Assembly: GCA_963749705.1 (NCBI GenBank)
Contig: CAVVNQ010000003.1
Coordinates: forward strand, 512,001-576,000
Direction of reading: 5' to 3'
DNA from: an uncultured Chloroflexia bacterium
GTDB taxonomy: Bacteria > Chloroflexota > Limnocylindria > Limnocylindrales > CSP1-4
DNA: 64,000 bases
The position numbers were made by a program, and so were the translations under genes. Below are positions 22,385 through 32,426 of the stretch, piece by piece. Within the stretch, counting starts at the first letter, position 1. Each line of letters opens with the position of its first letter. The notes under the pieces are model-generated. The model worked only from the letters and a program-made list of their open reading frames with translations. It ran no database searches and was not told the origin of the DNA.

Positions 22385-22996
22385 GTGCGCACCAGGCTCA
22401 TCGTCGCGATCGCGGCCCTCATGGCCGCGTCCGCCCTGGTCGCCCTACCTGAACCCGCGGGCTCGAGTGCCCCGAGCTCCGCCCGGACGGTCGATCCGGC
22501 GTCATTGCGCGCCGTGTCGATTGCGCTGCTCGCCGGTTCACCGGCGACGACAATTCCACCACTTGACACGGCGCCTCGCTCGGCCGGATGGCTCGGGCCC
22601 GGTTCGACGTTGGTTGAGCCAGGTCGGGTGGTCACCCCGCCCAGCAGGCCGACCGTCGCGCAGCCGGCGCCGCGGGTGGGCACGTACCTCAAGAACTACT
22701 GGCGCTTCGACGGCAACATCAGCTGGTACGGGCCCGGCTTCTACGGCAAGCGCACGGCGTGCGGGTACGCCTACACGCAGACGATCATGGGCGTCGCGCA
22801 CCGCACCCTGCCCTGCGGCACCCTGGTGACCTTCCGCAACCCGGCCAACGGACGCCAGGTCACGGTGCCCGTCATCGATCGCGGACCGTACGTCACGGGT
22901 CGCCAGTGGGACATGTCCGCGGGCCTGTGCACCTACCTCGGCCACTGCTACACGGGCTCGATCGAGTGGCGCTGGGGCAACCGGCCGGGCGGCTGA
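22385..22996 (+). CDS. RlpA-like DPBB lytic transglycosylase, secreted
   Basis: Signal peptide, SWYGPGFYGKRTACG, AHRTLPCGT and VIDRGPY. Confidence 0.85.
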   Translation: MRTRLIVAIAALMAASALVALPEPAGSSAPSSARTVDPASLRAVSIALLAGSPATTIPPLDTAPRSAGWLGPGSTLVEPGRVVTPPSRPTVAQPAPRVGTYLKNYWRFDGNISWYGPGFYGKRTACGYAYTQTIMGVAHRTLPCGTLVTFRNPANGRQVTVPVIDRGPYVTGRQWDMSAGLCTYLGHCYTGSIEWRWGNRPGG

Positions 22997-23086
22997 GCCG
23001 CCGCGCAAGGTCACGGAACCGGCGGGGAGGCACGTACGTCCTCTCGCCACGGCCACATCGCCGCGTCCCATCGAGGCCAACGTCCC

Positions 23087-24028
23087 GTGTCCACGCTCGC
23101 CAACCACCACGTCCGTGTCAGCGTCCTGATCGTCGGGTCGCTGCTGTGCCTCCAGCTGGCCGCCTGCGGGTCCGGGTCTGCCAGCCTGACCCCGACCGGC
23201 GTCCCGCCATCCGCCCCCGAGAACTCGCAGGATTCGTCTGCCGCCCCTTCCGCCGCACCGACGGGCGTGCCGGCTCCGGAGCTGCTGCTCGAGGTCACCA
23301 GCGAGGGCGGGTTCATCAACCCGTCGGCCAACATCGGCGCCCTGCCCCTGGTGGTCGTCGACTCCGATGGTCGCATCTACACGCCCGGCAGCTCCACCGC
23401 CGAAGGTCCGGCGCCGCTCGTCGCGCCGGTCGACGTTCGTGATGTCGGCGCCGACGGCGCTGCGGCGATCCTCGACGCGATCCGGACCGCCGGGCTGGAC
23501 CGGGAGGGGAGCGGCGGCGGGGTCGTCGCCGATACCGGATCCGCGGTGTTCACGGTCGTGATCGACGGCAACACGATCGTGAGCCGGTTCGCGAACAGCG
23601 GCGGCCCGGGACTCCCCGGCGGCGCAGGTGGCCCGGGTGCGCCGGGGAGCGACGGTCCGGGTGCGGCGGCCTTCGACCTCCTCGGGCGGCTGACCGATCC
23701 GACCGTCAGCTGGGGCTCGGCGCCCGCCTCGCCGGTCCCATACGTGCCGGCCGGCTACCGCATCTACGACGCGCCGGTCGAGTCGGCGACCGAGGACGGT
23801 GGCACGCCGATCCCGTGGCCGTTGCCGACGGACCTCGCCTCGTTCGGTACCCCCGCCGTCCCCGACCTGGGCGTCCCCGGGCTCCGCTCGGGCATCGCCA
23901 CCGGCGACGCGGCAGCGACGCTGACACCCGTGCTGGCATCGGCATCCGTCACGACGGCATTCATCTCCTCGGGGCAGGCGTACTCGCTGTGGGTGCGGCC
24001 GCTGTTCCCGGACGAGCTCGCCAGCTGA
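23087..24028 (+). CDS. Putative lipoprotein
   Basis: Lipobox LAAC, Pro/Ser linker, and C-terminal VRPLFPDE. Confidence 0.7.
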   Translation: MSTLANHHVRVSVLIVGSLLCLQLAACGSGSASLTPTGVPPSAPENSQDSSAAPSAAPTGVPAPELLLEVTSEGGFINPSANIGALPLVVVDSDGRIYTPGSSTAEGPAPLVAPVDVRDVGADGAAAILDAIRTAGLDREGSGGGVVADTGSAVFTVVIDGNTIVSRFANSGGPGLPGGAGGPGAPGSDGPGAAAFDLLGRLTDPTVSWGSAPASPVPYVPAGYRIYDAPVESATEDGGTPIPWPLPTDLASFGTPAVPDLGVPGLRSGIATGDAAATLTPVLASASVTTAFISSGQAYSLWVRPLFPDELAS

Positions 24029-24107
24029 TCGATCCGGCCGGTCTCGCTCGAAGATGTGAAAACGCTCATCGGGCGCACAGGCGCGGGCCAATGACGAGCG
24101 GCACGAT

Positions 24108-25451
24108 TTGCTGCGGGATGCCGGATCCGGTCGGCATCCCGTCTATGGAGGACAAGGTGCGCGTGCGAACCCCAAGGTCACGGCGTTGAGCCGTCGCAGC
24201 CGCGAGGTGCGCCGCGCCCGCTCCAGGCCACCGGTCGACGCGCAGTCGGCATCGTGGCAAGAGGTCTCCCGGACCGGCAGCGCTCCCGAACCCTCGCTTC
24301 GGGAGCGCCTCGAGCGCGCGAGCGTTCCGGCTCGCGCGCTCCTGCCGGCCCGCCTGTTCTTCGGCGCGACGTTCGTGTACGCGGGCATCGACAAGCTCGT
24401 GGACCCGACGTTCTTCGATGCGGCAAGCCCGGCCTCGATCAACGGCCAGCTGGCCGCGTTCGCACGCGTCTCGCCGCTGGCGCCGCTCGTCCGCCTGAGC
24501 CAGCCGTTCGCGTTCGAGATCGGCATCCTGATCGCGCTCGCGGAGATCGCGATCGGGATCGGGGCGCTGACCGGGCTTGCCTTCCGGCTGTCGGCGCTCG
24601 GTGGCGCGCTGCTGTCGCTGCTGTTCTGGCTGACCGCCTCGTGGACCACCACCCCCTACTACTACGGCCCCGACCTCCCGTACGCATTCGGCTGGCTTGC
24701 GCTCGCGCTCGCCGGTGACGGCGGCCTGCTCGTGCCCCGGTCGGTCCGCGAGATCGGCCGCCGCGTGGAGGAGGACTGGCCGCTGAGCATCCGCGCGGCG
24801 GGCCGTCGGATGCGCGACCCCTGGTACGCCGACGACGAGGAGGAGGTCTCACCGGCGCGCCGGCTCGTGCTCCAGAGCGGCGTGCTCGCCGCTGCCGCGC
24901 TCGGGATCGCATCGCTGGCGGTGCCGCTCCGGTTCCTCCGGCCGCGGAGCCTCGACGACGCGCAGTCCGCCGGCCTGGCCGGCGATCCGGGTCTCGGCGC
25001 CGGAGGCTCGAGCCCCGGCACGGGCGACCTCTCGAGCCCGCAACCGGCTGGCGCGGGTGCGTCGGCGCCCACGGCGCCGGATCCGGCCACGGGGCCCAAC
25101 GCGACGCCCAACGCGTCGCTCGCCATCGCCACCGTCAGCGACGTGGATGCCCAGGGTGCTCGCCGCTTCCGGGTCCCGATCTCCGCCCCGTCACCGCTTC
25201 CGGCCGGCGATCCCGGCATCATCGTCAAGCTTGCCGACGGCACATTCGCGGCCTACGACGCCACCTGCACCCACGAGGGATGCAGGGTGGGCTGGAACGC
25301 GCAGTACGGCGTGCTCCTGTGTCCGTGCCACGGCGCCGCCTTCGATCCGACGAACCACGGCGAGGTGCTCGGCGGACCCACCAACCGGCCGCTGCTCGAG
25401 CTGCCGCTGGTCGTGGACACCCAGACCGGGACGATCAGCCTGAAGGCGTAG
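24108..25451 (+). CDS. DoxX/DoxD-like membrane domain fused to a Rieske [2Fe-2S] domain (start uncertain, likely further downstream)
   Basis: LPARLFFGATFVYAGIDKL...AEIAIGIG (DoxX), internal RR motif ARRLVLQ, and CTHEGC...CPCHG. Confidence 0.82.
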   Translation: MLRDAGSGRHPVYGGQGARANPKVTALSRRSREVRRARSRPPVDAQSASWQEVSRTGSAPEPSLRERLERASVPARALLPARLFFGATFVYAGIDKLVDPTFFDAASPASINGQLAAFARVSPLAPLVRLSQPFAFEIGILIALAEIAIGIGALTGLAFRLSALGGALLSLLFWLTASWTTTPYYYGPDLPYAFGWLALALAGDGGLLVPRSVREIGRRVEEDWPLSIRAAGRRMRDPWYADDEEEVSPARRLVLQSGVLAAAALGIASLAVPLRFLRPRSLDDAQSAGLAGDPGLGAGGSSPGTGDLSSPQPAGAGASAPTAPDPATGPNATPNASLAIATVSDVDAQGARRFRVPISAPSPLPAGDPGIIVKLADGTFAAYDATCTHEGCRVGWNAQYGVLLCPCHGAAFDPTNHGEVLGGPTNRPLLELPLVVDTQTGTISLKA

Positions 25452-25536
25452 TCCGGAGCCCCATCCGAAGCGGTCCCGGGAATCCCTTCCGGACGCGCTC
25501 CCGGCGCCGCCGTGGAACCTCCACTACAGTCGCCGC

Positions 25537-26829
25537 GTGAACCCGCCGATGCCCGATGGGCGCGTCCCGCCCCGTGGTGCGCCCGCCGGCGCCGGCAACA
25601 CAGGTACGGCGCGGCTGTCGCGCCGGCGCGTCCTGGGTGCCGGTCTTGCCGGCGGCGCCGCGCTGCTGCTGGCCGGATGCGCCCCCGGGTCGTCGCCGAC
25701 GACAGGTCCGTCCGGCACGGCACCGTCACCGGCCCCGTCGGCGTCCGGATCGGCGCCGGCATCCCCGTCCGGGCCGGCGGTGCGCCCCTCGCCATCTGCG
25801 GCGGGCGATCTCCGCCGCAGGATCGCGGGCCTGCTCGTGGTGGGGTTCCGCGGGCTCACCCTCGATGACGCTCCATGGGTCGCGGACGCGCTGGCCGGCG
25901 GTCTCGGCGGCGTGATCCTGTTCGATCGCGATCAGCTGACGGGCGGGTCCCGCAACGTCGCGTCCCCGGCACAGGTCGCCCGTCTCACACGGGACCTGCG
26001 CGCGGCCGCGGGGGACCGGGCGATCGCCATCGGCGTGGACCAGGAGGGCGGCCGGGTGACACGGCTCGGTCCGGCCCATGGGTTCCCGGCGGTCGCCTCC
26101 GAGGCGGAGATCGGGGCGGGCACGACCGCCGCGGCCCGGACGTGGGCGGCGGGCATCGCGGCGACCCTTGCCGCGGCCGGCATCGACCTCAACCTCGCGC
26201 CGGTCGTGGATCTCGACGTCAACCCGGCCAGCCCGGCGATCGGGGCGCTGGACCGGTCGTTCTCGGCGGATCCGGACGTGGTCGTCAGGATGGCGACGAT
26301 CGAGGTCGCCGCCCACCGGGCGGCCGGGGTCCGGACGACGCTCAAGCACTTTCCGGGGATCGGCAGCTCCACCGCGAACACGGACACGGCGTTCGTGGAC
26401 GTCACGAAGACCTGGACCCGGATCGAGCTCGAGCCGTTCCGGCGCCTGGTCGCAACCGGGGACGCCGACGCGATCATGGTGGGCCACGTGCTCAACGGCC
26501 AGCTCGATCCGGACCTGCCGGCCTCCCTGTCCCCGGCGGTCGTCACCGCACTGCTGCGGGGCACGCTCGGCTGGGACGGCGTCGTCGTGACCGACGACCT
26601 CCAGGCCACGGCCGTTCTGGACGCCTACGGGCTGGAGGAGGCCGCGCTGCTTGCCATCGATGCCGGCGATGACCTGCTGCTGGTCGCGAACCAGCAGGCC
26701 TACGAGCCCGACGTCATCGAGCGCATCGTCGAGGCCGTCGCGGACGCCGTCGAGCAGGGGCGCCTGGCCGAGTCGCGCATCGACGCCTCGCTGGCCCGGG
26801 TCGACCGGCTGCTCCGAGCCGGCTCGTAG
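25537..26829 (+). CDS. GH3 beta-N-acetylhexosaminidase-like Tat lipoprotein
   Basis: SRRRVL Tat motif with LAGC lipobox, GGVILF, VDQEGGRVTRL, LAPVVD, KHFPG and VTDDL. Confidence 0.88.
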   Translation: MNPPMPDGRVPPRGAPAGAGNTGTARLSRRRVLGAGLAGGAALLLAGCAPGSSPTTGPSGTAPSPAPSASGSAPASPSGPAVRPSPSAAGDLRRRIAGLLVVGFRGLTLDDAPWVADALAGGLGGVILFDRDQLTGGSRNVASPAQVARLTRDLRAAAGDRAIAIGVDQEGGRVTRLGPAHGFPAVASEAEIGAGTTAAARTWAAGIAATLAAAGIDLNLAPVVDLDVNPASPAIGALDRSFSADPDVVVRMATIEVAAHRAAGVRTTLKHFPGIGSSTANTDTAFVDVTKTWTRIELEPFRRLVATGDADAIMVGHVLNGQLDPDLPASLSPAVVTALLRGTLGWDGVVVTDDLQATAVLDAYGLEEAALLAIDAGDDLLLVANQQAYEPDVIERIVEAVADAVEQGRLAESRIDASLARVDRLLRAGS

Positions 26830-26862
26830 CGCGCCCGACCACACCGGCGGCCCCGCCCGTGG

Positions 26863-28239
26863 CTATCCCAGCGGCGCGAACCGCGCCGTGAAGTGGCGCA
26901 GCTGGGATGGCTGGCGCTCGATCCGGTATCCACGCAGGGTCGACGCGCGCCGGGCCACGTCCCGGGCGACCTCGATCACGTAGTCGATGTGGCTCTGGGT
27001 GTACGTCCGGCGCGGGATGGCGAGCCGGACGAGGTCCATCGCGGCCGGTGCCTCGGTGCCGTCCGGGTGGACCCCGAACATCACCGTGCCGATCTCGCAG
27101 CCGCGGATCCCGCCGGCGCGGTAGAGCTCGACGGCCAGCGCCTGGCCCGGGTACTCGAGCGGCGGGATGTGCGGGAGCAGGGCGCGCGCGTCGAGGTAGA
27201 CGGCGTGGCCGCCGATGGGCTTGACCAGCGGGATCCCCGCAGCGTCGAGCGCATCGCCCAGGTACGCGGTGGACCGGATCCGGTATCGCAGGTAATCCTC
27301 GTCGACGACCTCGCGCAGCCCCTGCGCGATCGCCTCGAGGTCGCGGCCGGCGAGGCCGCCGTAGGTCACGAACCCCTCGGTCAGGATGAGCAGGTTCCTG
27401 CACTGCTCCGCCAGCGCGTCGTCGTTCATCGCGAGCCAGCCGCCGATGTTCGCGAGCCCGTCCTTCTTGGCCGACATGGTCATGCCGTCGGCGAGCGATC
27501 CGATCTCGCGCACGATGTCCACCACGGACCGGTCCGCCTGCCCGGGCTCGCGAGCCTTGATGAACCACGCGTTCTCGGCGAACCGGCAGCCGTCGAGGAA
27601 CAGCGGCCTGGCAAACCTGTCGCACACCGCGCGGACCGCGCGCAGGTTCTCGAGGCTCACCGGCTGGCCGCCGCCCGAGTTGTTGGTGATGGTCACGAAC
27701 ACGACCGGCACGTCGTCACCGCGAGCCGCCAGCAGCGCCTCGAGCGCCCCGACGTCCATGTTCCCCTTGAACGGGTGGAGCGTGGCCGGCTCGCGGCCCT
27801 CGGGGATCACCAGGTCGACCGCCTCGGCGCCGGTGAACTCGACGTTCGCGCGCGTGGTGTCGAAATGGGTGTTGTTGGGCACGACCTTGCCGGGGCCGCC
27901 GATCGCGCTGAACAGGATCTTCTCGGCCGCGCGCCCCTGGTGGGTGGGGATGACGTGCCGGAACGGGAACAGGGCCTGCACGGCATCGAGGAAGGCGTAC
28001 CAGCTGGGGCTGCCGGCATAGCTCTCGTCGCCGTGCTGGATCGCGGCCCACTGGTCGCGGCTCATGGCGCCCGTCCCCGAGTCCGTCAGCAGGTCGACGA
28101 GGACGTCCTCGGCGTGGAGGTTGAACAGGTTCCAGCCGGCGGCCTCGAGCGCGCGTTCTCGCTCATGTTCCGTGGTCAGCCGGATCGGCTCGACCGCGTG
28201 GATCCGGAACGGCTCGATGATCGTCTGCCAGCGTTCCAT
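26863..28239 (-). CDS. tnaA: Tryptophanase (tryptophan indole-lyase)
   Basis: DLLTDSGT, THQGRAAE and MSAKKD (PLP Lys). EIG and LRHFTA match TnaA rather than tyrosine phenol-lyase (ERG, LRFFTA). Confidence 0.85.
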   Translation of the reverse strand: MERWQTIIEPFRIHAVEPIRLTTEHERERALEAAGWNLFNLHAEDVLVDLLTDSGTGAMSRDQWAAIQHGDESYAGSPSWYAFLDAVQALFPFRHVIPTHQGRAAEKILFSAIGGPGKVVPNNTHFDTTRANVEFTGAEAVDLVIPEGREPATLHPFKGNMDVGALEALLAARGDDVPVVFVTITNNSGGGQPVSLENLRAVRAVCDRFARPLFLDGCRFAENAWFIKAREPGQADRSVVDIVREIGSLADGMTMSAKKDGLANIGGWLAMNDDALAEQCRNLLILTEGFVTYGGLAGRDLEAIAQGLREVVDEDYLRYRIRSTAYLGDALDAAGIPLVKPIGGHAVYLDARALLPHIPPLEYPGQALAVELYRAGGIRGCEIGTVMFGVHPDGTEAPAAMDLVRLAIPRRTYTQSHIDYVIEVARDVARRASTLRGYRIERQPSQLRHFTARFAPLG

Positions 28240-28261
28240 CACCCCGAGGATACGCGCCGGC

Positions 28262-30688
28262 TCATGGGATGGGTGCGAGATCCAGCAGCGTGCTCCGCAG
28301 CGGCGGATCGGTGGCCGGACGGCCGGCGTTGAACACGGCGACGAACACGTCGCCGGACACCTTCTTCGTCCCCTGGCTTCCCACCAGGGTGACGCTGATC
28401 AGGCGGCCCGAGACGCCGCGATCGCGGAGGTCGAGCCCGGTCAGCGTACCCACGCTGGTCCGGGTGTCGGCGTTGAAGATCGTGGTCAGCGCAGCGGCGG
28501 AGTAGGCGTGCGTCTGCCACGTCGCGTACGGGGCCGCGGCGTCGTAGGAAACGCCGCTCGGGTCTCGATCCGAGGAGCCGCGCAGGTACGACACGGCGCC
28601 GGCAACCTTGGCGCCCGTCGACGACACGAACACGTTCTCGTTGTTCTCGGTGGCGCCGCCGGCGGTCGAATGGAACAGCGCGTTCGCGATCGCGGAGCCG
28701 CTGCGCAGGACCTGCGCGGCGGTCGCCGTGACGGCCGCGTCCGACGCAGCGCTCTCGCGACGGGCGCCCTGGTAGACCTGCGAGCGCGTGTCGTCGTACA
28801 CGTCGAACGTGGACACGCCCGGGCGCAGGCGATATGCGGCGTACGAGCGGGCGGCGATGGTCTGGGCAAGCCGCGCCTCGAGCGGCCACGAGGTCGGCAT
28901 CTCGGCCGGCACCACCCCGCGGAGGTAGTCCTCGAGCCCGACCTCGTTGACGACGTCCGCCGTGGACGTGGAGAGGATGGCCCGCAGCGTCCCGCGGTAC
29001 AGGTCGTAGGTCGAGGGCTTCGAGTACAACTGGAGGGTCGTGCCCGGCTCGCGCGGCTCGACGGTCAGGTCCGCGGGCGCGGCGGCATCGGCGAGGACCG
29101 CACCGGTGGTGTCATCGACGATCATCCGCCACTGGGTTCCCGTGCCTGCGACCGGCGGCATCAGCCGGAGCCGGGCGTCCGCGGGGTAGACGGTCGAATC
29201 GCCGCGGATGCCCCAACCGCCGCCGCGACCGAAGACCGTCAGCGGGATGGTCTGGCTGGCCGCGAGGTTGTCGAGCACGAGCACCCGGATCGACGTGCCG
29301 GACGGGAGGGTGCCGATGGTCGTTCCGGCGTAGTAGTGGGCGAGGATCTCGGCCGCGGCCTGACCGGCCAGGGCTCGGCCGCGCGCGCCGTACTGCGAGA
29401 GGCCGACGCCGTGGCCGTAGCCTCGACCGTAGAAGGTCGTGCTGCTGCCGATCGGCGAGATCCCCGGTGCCGGCGTGGGCGTGGGTGACGGGGTCGCGGT
29501 AGGTGCCGGCGTGGGCGTGGGTGCCGGGGTGGCCGCGGGCGTCGGCGCGGGGGTCGGCGCGGCCTTGAGCACGCCGGTCGCCCCGTACAGGTAGCTCACC
29601 CCGTACAGGGTGCGCACGCTGGTCCCGTTGATCGCGCTGATCCGGTACCAGCCGGAGCCCGACTTGGCCGTGGGACAGACCGCGCTCCAGCTGCTGCCGC
29701 TCACGGTCGCCACCACGGTGACGGTGTCCGACGGCGTGAGCCGGGTCTTGATCGCCGCGCTCAGCGATGCGCTGGTGCGGATGTTGACCGCGCTGCAGGC
29801 GGGCAGGTAGAGGTTCGCCGCGGGCGCCGACGTGGGCGCCGGCGTGGGCGTGGGTGACGGGGTCGCGGTAGGTGCCGGCGTGGGCGTGGGTGCCGGGGTG
29901 GCCGCGGGCGTCGGCGCGGGGGTCGGCGCGGCCTTGAGCACGCCGGTCGCCCCGTACAGGTAGCTCACCCCGTACAGGGTGCGCACGCTGGTCCCGTTGA
30001 TCGCGCTGATCCGGTACCAGCCGGAGCCCGACTTGGCCGTGGGACAGACCGCGCTCCAGCTGCTGCCGCTCACGGTCGCCACCACGGTGACGGTGTCCGA
30101 CGGCGTGAGCCGGGTCTTGATCGCCGCGCTCAGCGATGCGCTGGTGCGGATGTTGACCGCGCTGCAGGCGGGCAGGTAGAGGTTCGCCGCGGGCGCCGAC
30201 GTGGGTGCCGGCGTGGGCGTGGGTGACGGGGTCGCGGTAGGTGCCGGCGTGGGCGTGGGTGCCGGGGTGGCCGCGGGCGTCGGCGCGGGGGTCGGCGCGG
30301 CCTTGAGCACGCCGGTCGCCCCGTACAGGTAGCTCACCCCGTACAGGGTGCGCACGCTGGTCCCGTTGATCGCGCTGATCCGGTACCAGCCGGAGCCCGA
30401 CTTGGCCGTGGGACAGACCGCGCTCCAGCTGCTGCCGCTCACGGTCGCCACCACGGTGACGGTGTCCGACGGCGTGAGCCGGGTCTTGATCGCCGCGCTC
30501 AGCGATGCGCTGGTGCGGATGTTGACCGCGCTGCAGGCGGGCACGAACGTGCCGGTGGCGGCTCTCGCCGCCTGCGGGCCGACGACGAGCCCCGCGAGCA
30601 CGACCGCCACGAGCAACGCGGCCAGCGACGGGCGGTGACGGCCGGCACGGGCGAGCCCGATCCGGCTGGTGCTCGCAGGTTGATCCAT
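28262..30688 (-). CDS. SpoIID/LytB-domain cell-wall hydrolase with three SH3b-like repeats
   Basis: Signal peptide, three copies of VNIRTSAS...[32 protein letters not shown] and DDTRSQVY. Confidence 0.88.
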   Translation of the reverse strand: MDQPASTSRIGLARAGRHRPSLAALLVAVVLAGLVVGPQAARAATGTFVPACSAVNIRTSASLSAAIKTRLTPSDTVTVVATVSGSSWSAVCPTAKSGSGWYRISAINGTSVRTLYGVSYLYGATGVLKAAPTPAPTPAATPAPTPTPAPTATPSPTPTPAPTSAPAANLYLPACSAVNIRTSASLSAAIKTRLTPSDTVTVVATVSGSSWSAVCPTAKSGSGWYRISAINGTSVRTLYGVSYLYGATGVLKAAPTPAPTPAATPAPTPTPAPTATPSPTPTPAPTSAPAANLYLPACSAVNIRTSASLSAAIKTRLTPSDTVTVVATVSGSSWSAVCPTAKSGSGWYRISAINGTSVRTLYGVSYLYGATGVLKAAPTPAPTPAATPAPTPTPAPTATPSPTPTPAPGISPIGSSTTFYGRGYGHGVGLSQYGARGRALAGQAAAEILAHYYAGTTIGTLPSGTSIRVLVLDNLAASQTIPLTVFGRGGGWGIRGDSTVYPADARLRLMPPVAGTGTQWRMIVDDTTGAVLADAAAPADLTVEPREPGTTLQLYSKPSTYDLYRGTLRAILSTSTADVVNEVGLEDYLRGVVPAEMPTSWPLEARLAQTIAARSYAAYRLRPGVSTFDVYDDTRSQVYQGARRESAASDAAVTATAAQVLRSGSAIANALFHSTAGGATENNENVFVSSTGAKVAGAVSYLRGSSDRDPSGVSYDAAAPYATWQTHAYSAAALTTIFNADTRTSVGTLTGLDLRDRGVSGRLISVTLVGSQGTKKVSGDVFVAVFNAGRPATDPPLRSTLLDLAPIP
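29466..30543. repeat. Tandem repeat, about 2.9 x 369 bp, nearly identical
   Basis: Identical shadow ORFs start at 29610, 29979 and 30348 (period 369). One difference was spotted: T29468 / C29837 / T30206. Confidence 0.92.
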
Positions 30689-30864
30689 GACCACACAAGG
30701 CTGCACCCTGGTGCACCACTCAACCACGGGCCGAAGGGCCCAGACCGTGGCCCGGTCGAATGGGACCATTGGCTGGTCGCTGCCGGACGCCGGACGGCGC
30801 CCGCGCCATCGTTCCCGCCTCGCCAAAGCGGTGCCGACGGTCGTGGAGCGGTACGCTGCACCGC

Positions 30865-31161
30865 ATGTGTCGCAGCATTCGCCAGCTCCGCCGCGCCGAC
30901 GATGCCGGCGCGGCCACCACGGGCGAGGCCCAGGCCGCAGCCCTCCAATACGTGCGCAAGATCAGCGGGTTCCGGACGCCGTCGGCCCGGAACGAGGAGG
31001 CGTTCCGGGCCGCCATCGACGAGATCGCCGCGGCGACGCAGCGGCTCCTGACCGCGGTCGGGACGCCAGTCGCCGAGGGTCCCGACCCGTTCGCTGATCC
31101 GGTCGCTCGCCGGGCGATCCTGGCAGCACGCCCCGCACGGACCAGGAACGCGCGCGCCTGA
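30865..31161 (+). CDS. DUF2277 family protein
   Basis: MCRSI...AAALQYVRKISGF..PS..NEEAF signature. Confidence 0.8.
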   Translation: MCRSIRQLRRADDAGAATTGEAQAAALQYVRKISGFRTPSARNEEAFRAAIDEIAAATQRLLTAVGTPVAEGPDPFADPVARRAILAARPARTRNARA

Positions 31162-32426
31162 TGGGCGCCGAGGCCGGGCCGCTCGCCTCGCCGGCGCCCA
31201 CCTGGTGGCGGCGCCCGGGCCTGGACATCCGTGACGGCCGGCTGTCGCTCAACGGGGCGGACCTCGAGGCGCTGGTCCGCGAGCACGGGACGCCGCTGTT
31301 CGTGTACGACCTGGCACGTCCGCGGGAGAACGTCCGGGCGCTCCAGGCCGCCGTCCGCGCGACCGGCCTCCGCCACGTCGTCCGGTTTGCGCTCAAGGCC
31401 AGCCCGGACCCGCGAATCCTCGCCGTGCTGCGCGGTCTGGGCGAGCCGGGCTCGCCGGACGGCATCGGCATCGACGCGTGCTCTCCCGGGGAGGTGCTCC
31501 ACGCGCTGGCGAATGGCTGGATGCCCGAGGAGATCAGCCATACCGGCACCAACGTCTCCGAGCGGGACCTCGACGTCCTGCTCGCGCATCCGATCCACCT
31601 GAACCTCGATGGCGTCAGCCAGCTCGATCGGGTGGGCCGCCGCGCGCCCGGCCGGACCGTCGGCATCCGCGTCAATCCGGGTGCGGGTGCCGGGTACACC
31701 GAGCACCTGTCATACGCCGGTGACCGGCCCACCAAGTTCGGCGTCACGGCCGATCGCCTGGATGACGCGATCGCCGTGGTCCGGCGTCACGGCCTGGTCG
31801 TGGACACGATGCATTTCCACGCCGGGTCGGGGTGGCTGGGGGATCAGCTGGATGGCTTCGAGTCGGCGCTTCGGGGCGCCACCGCGTTCCTGGATCGCCT
31901 GCTCGATGCGGGGCTCCCGATCCGCGAGGTCAACGTCGGCGGCGGGCTGGGGCGCATCGCGCGCGACGGCGAGCGGGCGGTTGACCTCGACGCCTACGCG
32001 CAGGTCGTCGCCCGGCACCTGGCGCCGTATGGGGTCACGGCGGCGTTCGAGCCAGGCGACCTGGTCATGAAGGACACCGGGATCCTGCTGGGCGAGGTCG
32101 TCAGCGTCGAGCGACGAGGTGCCACGGTCTTCGTCGGCCTGGACATCGGCTGGAACGTCAACTGCGCCTGGTTCATCTACCGCTACGCACAGGAGATCGT
32201 GCCCGTGCGCGAGCCGCTGCGGGACCGGACCCGGCGGGTGACCGTGGCCGGGCACATCAACGAGGCGGGCGACGTGTTCGCCGAGGACTACCCGTTCCCC
32301 GACGTGGCCGAGGGAGAGCCCGTGGCCATCCTCAACGCCGGTGGGTATCTTCAGGCGATGTCGATGACGCACTGCCTGCGGCCGATGGGCAGCGCGGTCT
32401 ATCTCGAGCGGGAGACGCAGCCGTGA
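31161..32426 (+). CDS. Group IV PLP decarboxylase (diaminopimelate decarboxylase-like)
   Basis: GTPLFVYD, FALKA (PLP Lys), TKFG, HFHAGS, NVGGG, EPG and AGGY. Confidence 0.85.
   Translation: MGAEAGPLASPAPTWWRRPGLDIRDGRLSLNGADLEALVREHGTPLFVYDLARPRENVRALQAAVRATGLRHVVRFALKASPDPRILAVLRGLGEPGSPDGIGIDACSPGEVLHALANGWMPEEISHTGTNVSERDLDVLLAHPIHLNLDGVSQLDRVGRRAPGRTVGIRVNPGAGAGYTEHLSYAGDRPTKFGVTADRLDDAIAVVRRHGLVVDTMHFHAGSGWLGDQLDGFESALRGATAFLDRLLDAGLPIREVNVGGGLGRIARDGERAVDLDAYAQVVARHLAPYGVTAAFEPGDLVMKDTGILLGEVVSVERRGATVFVGLDIGWNVNCAWFIYRYAQEIVPVREPLRDRTRRVTVAGHINEAGDVFAEDYPFPDVAEGEPVAILNAGGYLQAMSMTHCLRPMGSAVYLERETQP

Noticed and set aside
26863-28239. Tyrosine phenol-lyase call, and a tnaC-type leader peptide
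   Set aside because: Diagnostic residues (EIG, LRHF) favour tryptophanase. Only about 20 bp separate it from the upstream gene, so no leader peptide fits.
29466-30543. Repeat array as CRISPR or mobile element
   Set aside because: The units are contiguous, in frame and coding, with no spacers, cas genes or transposase.
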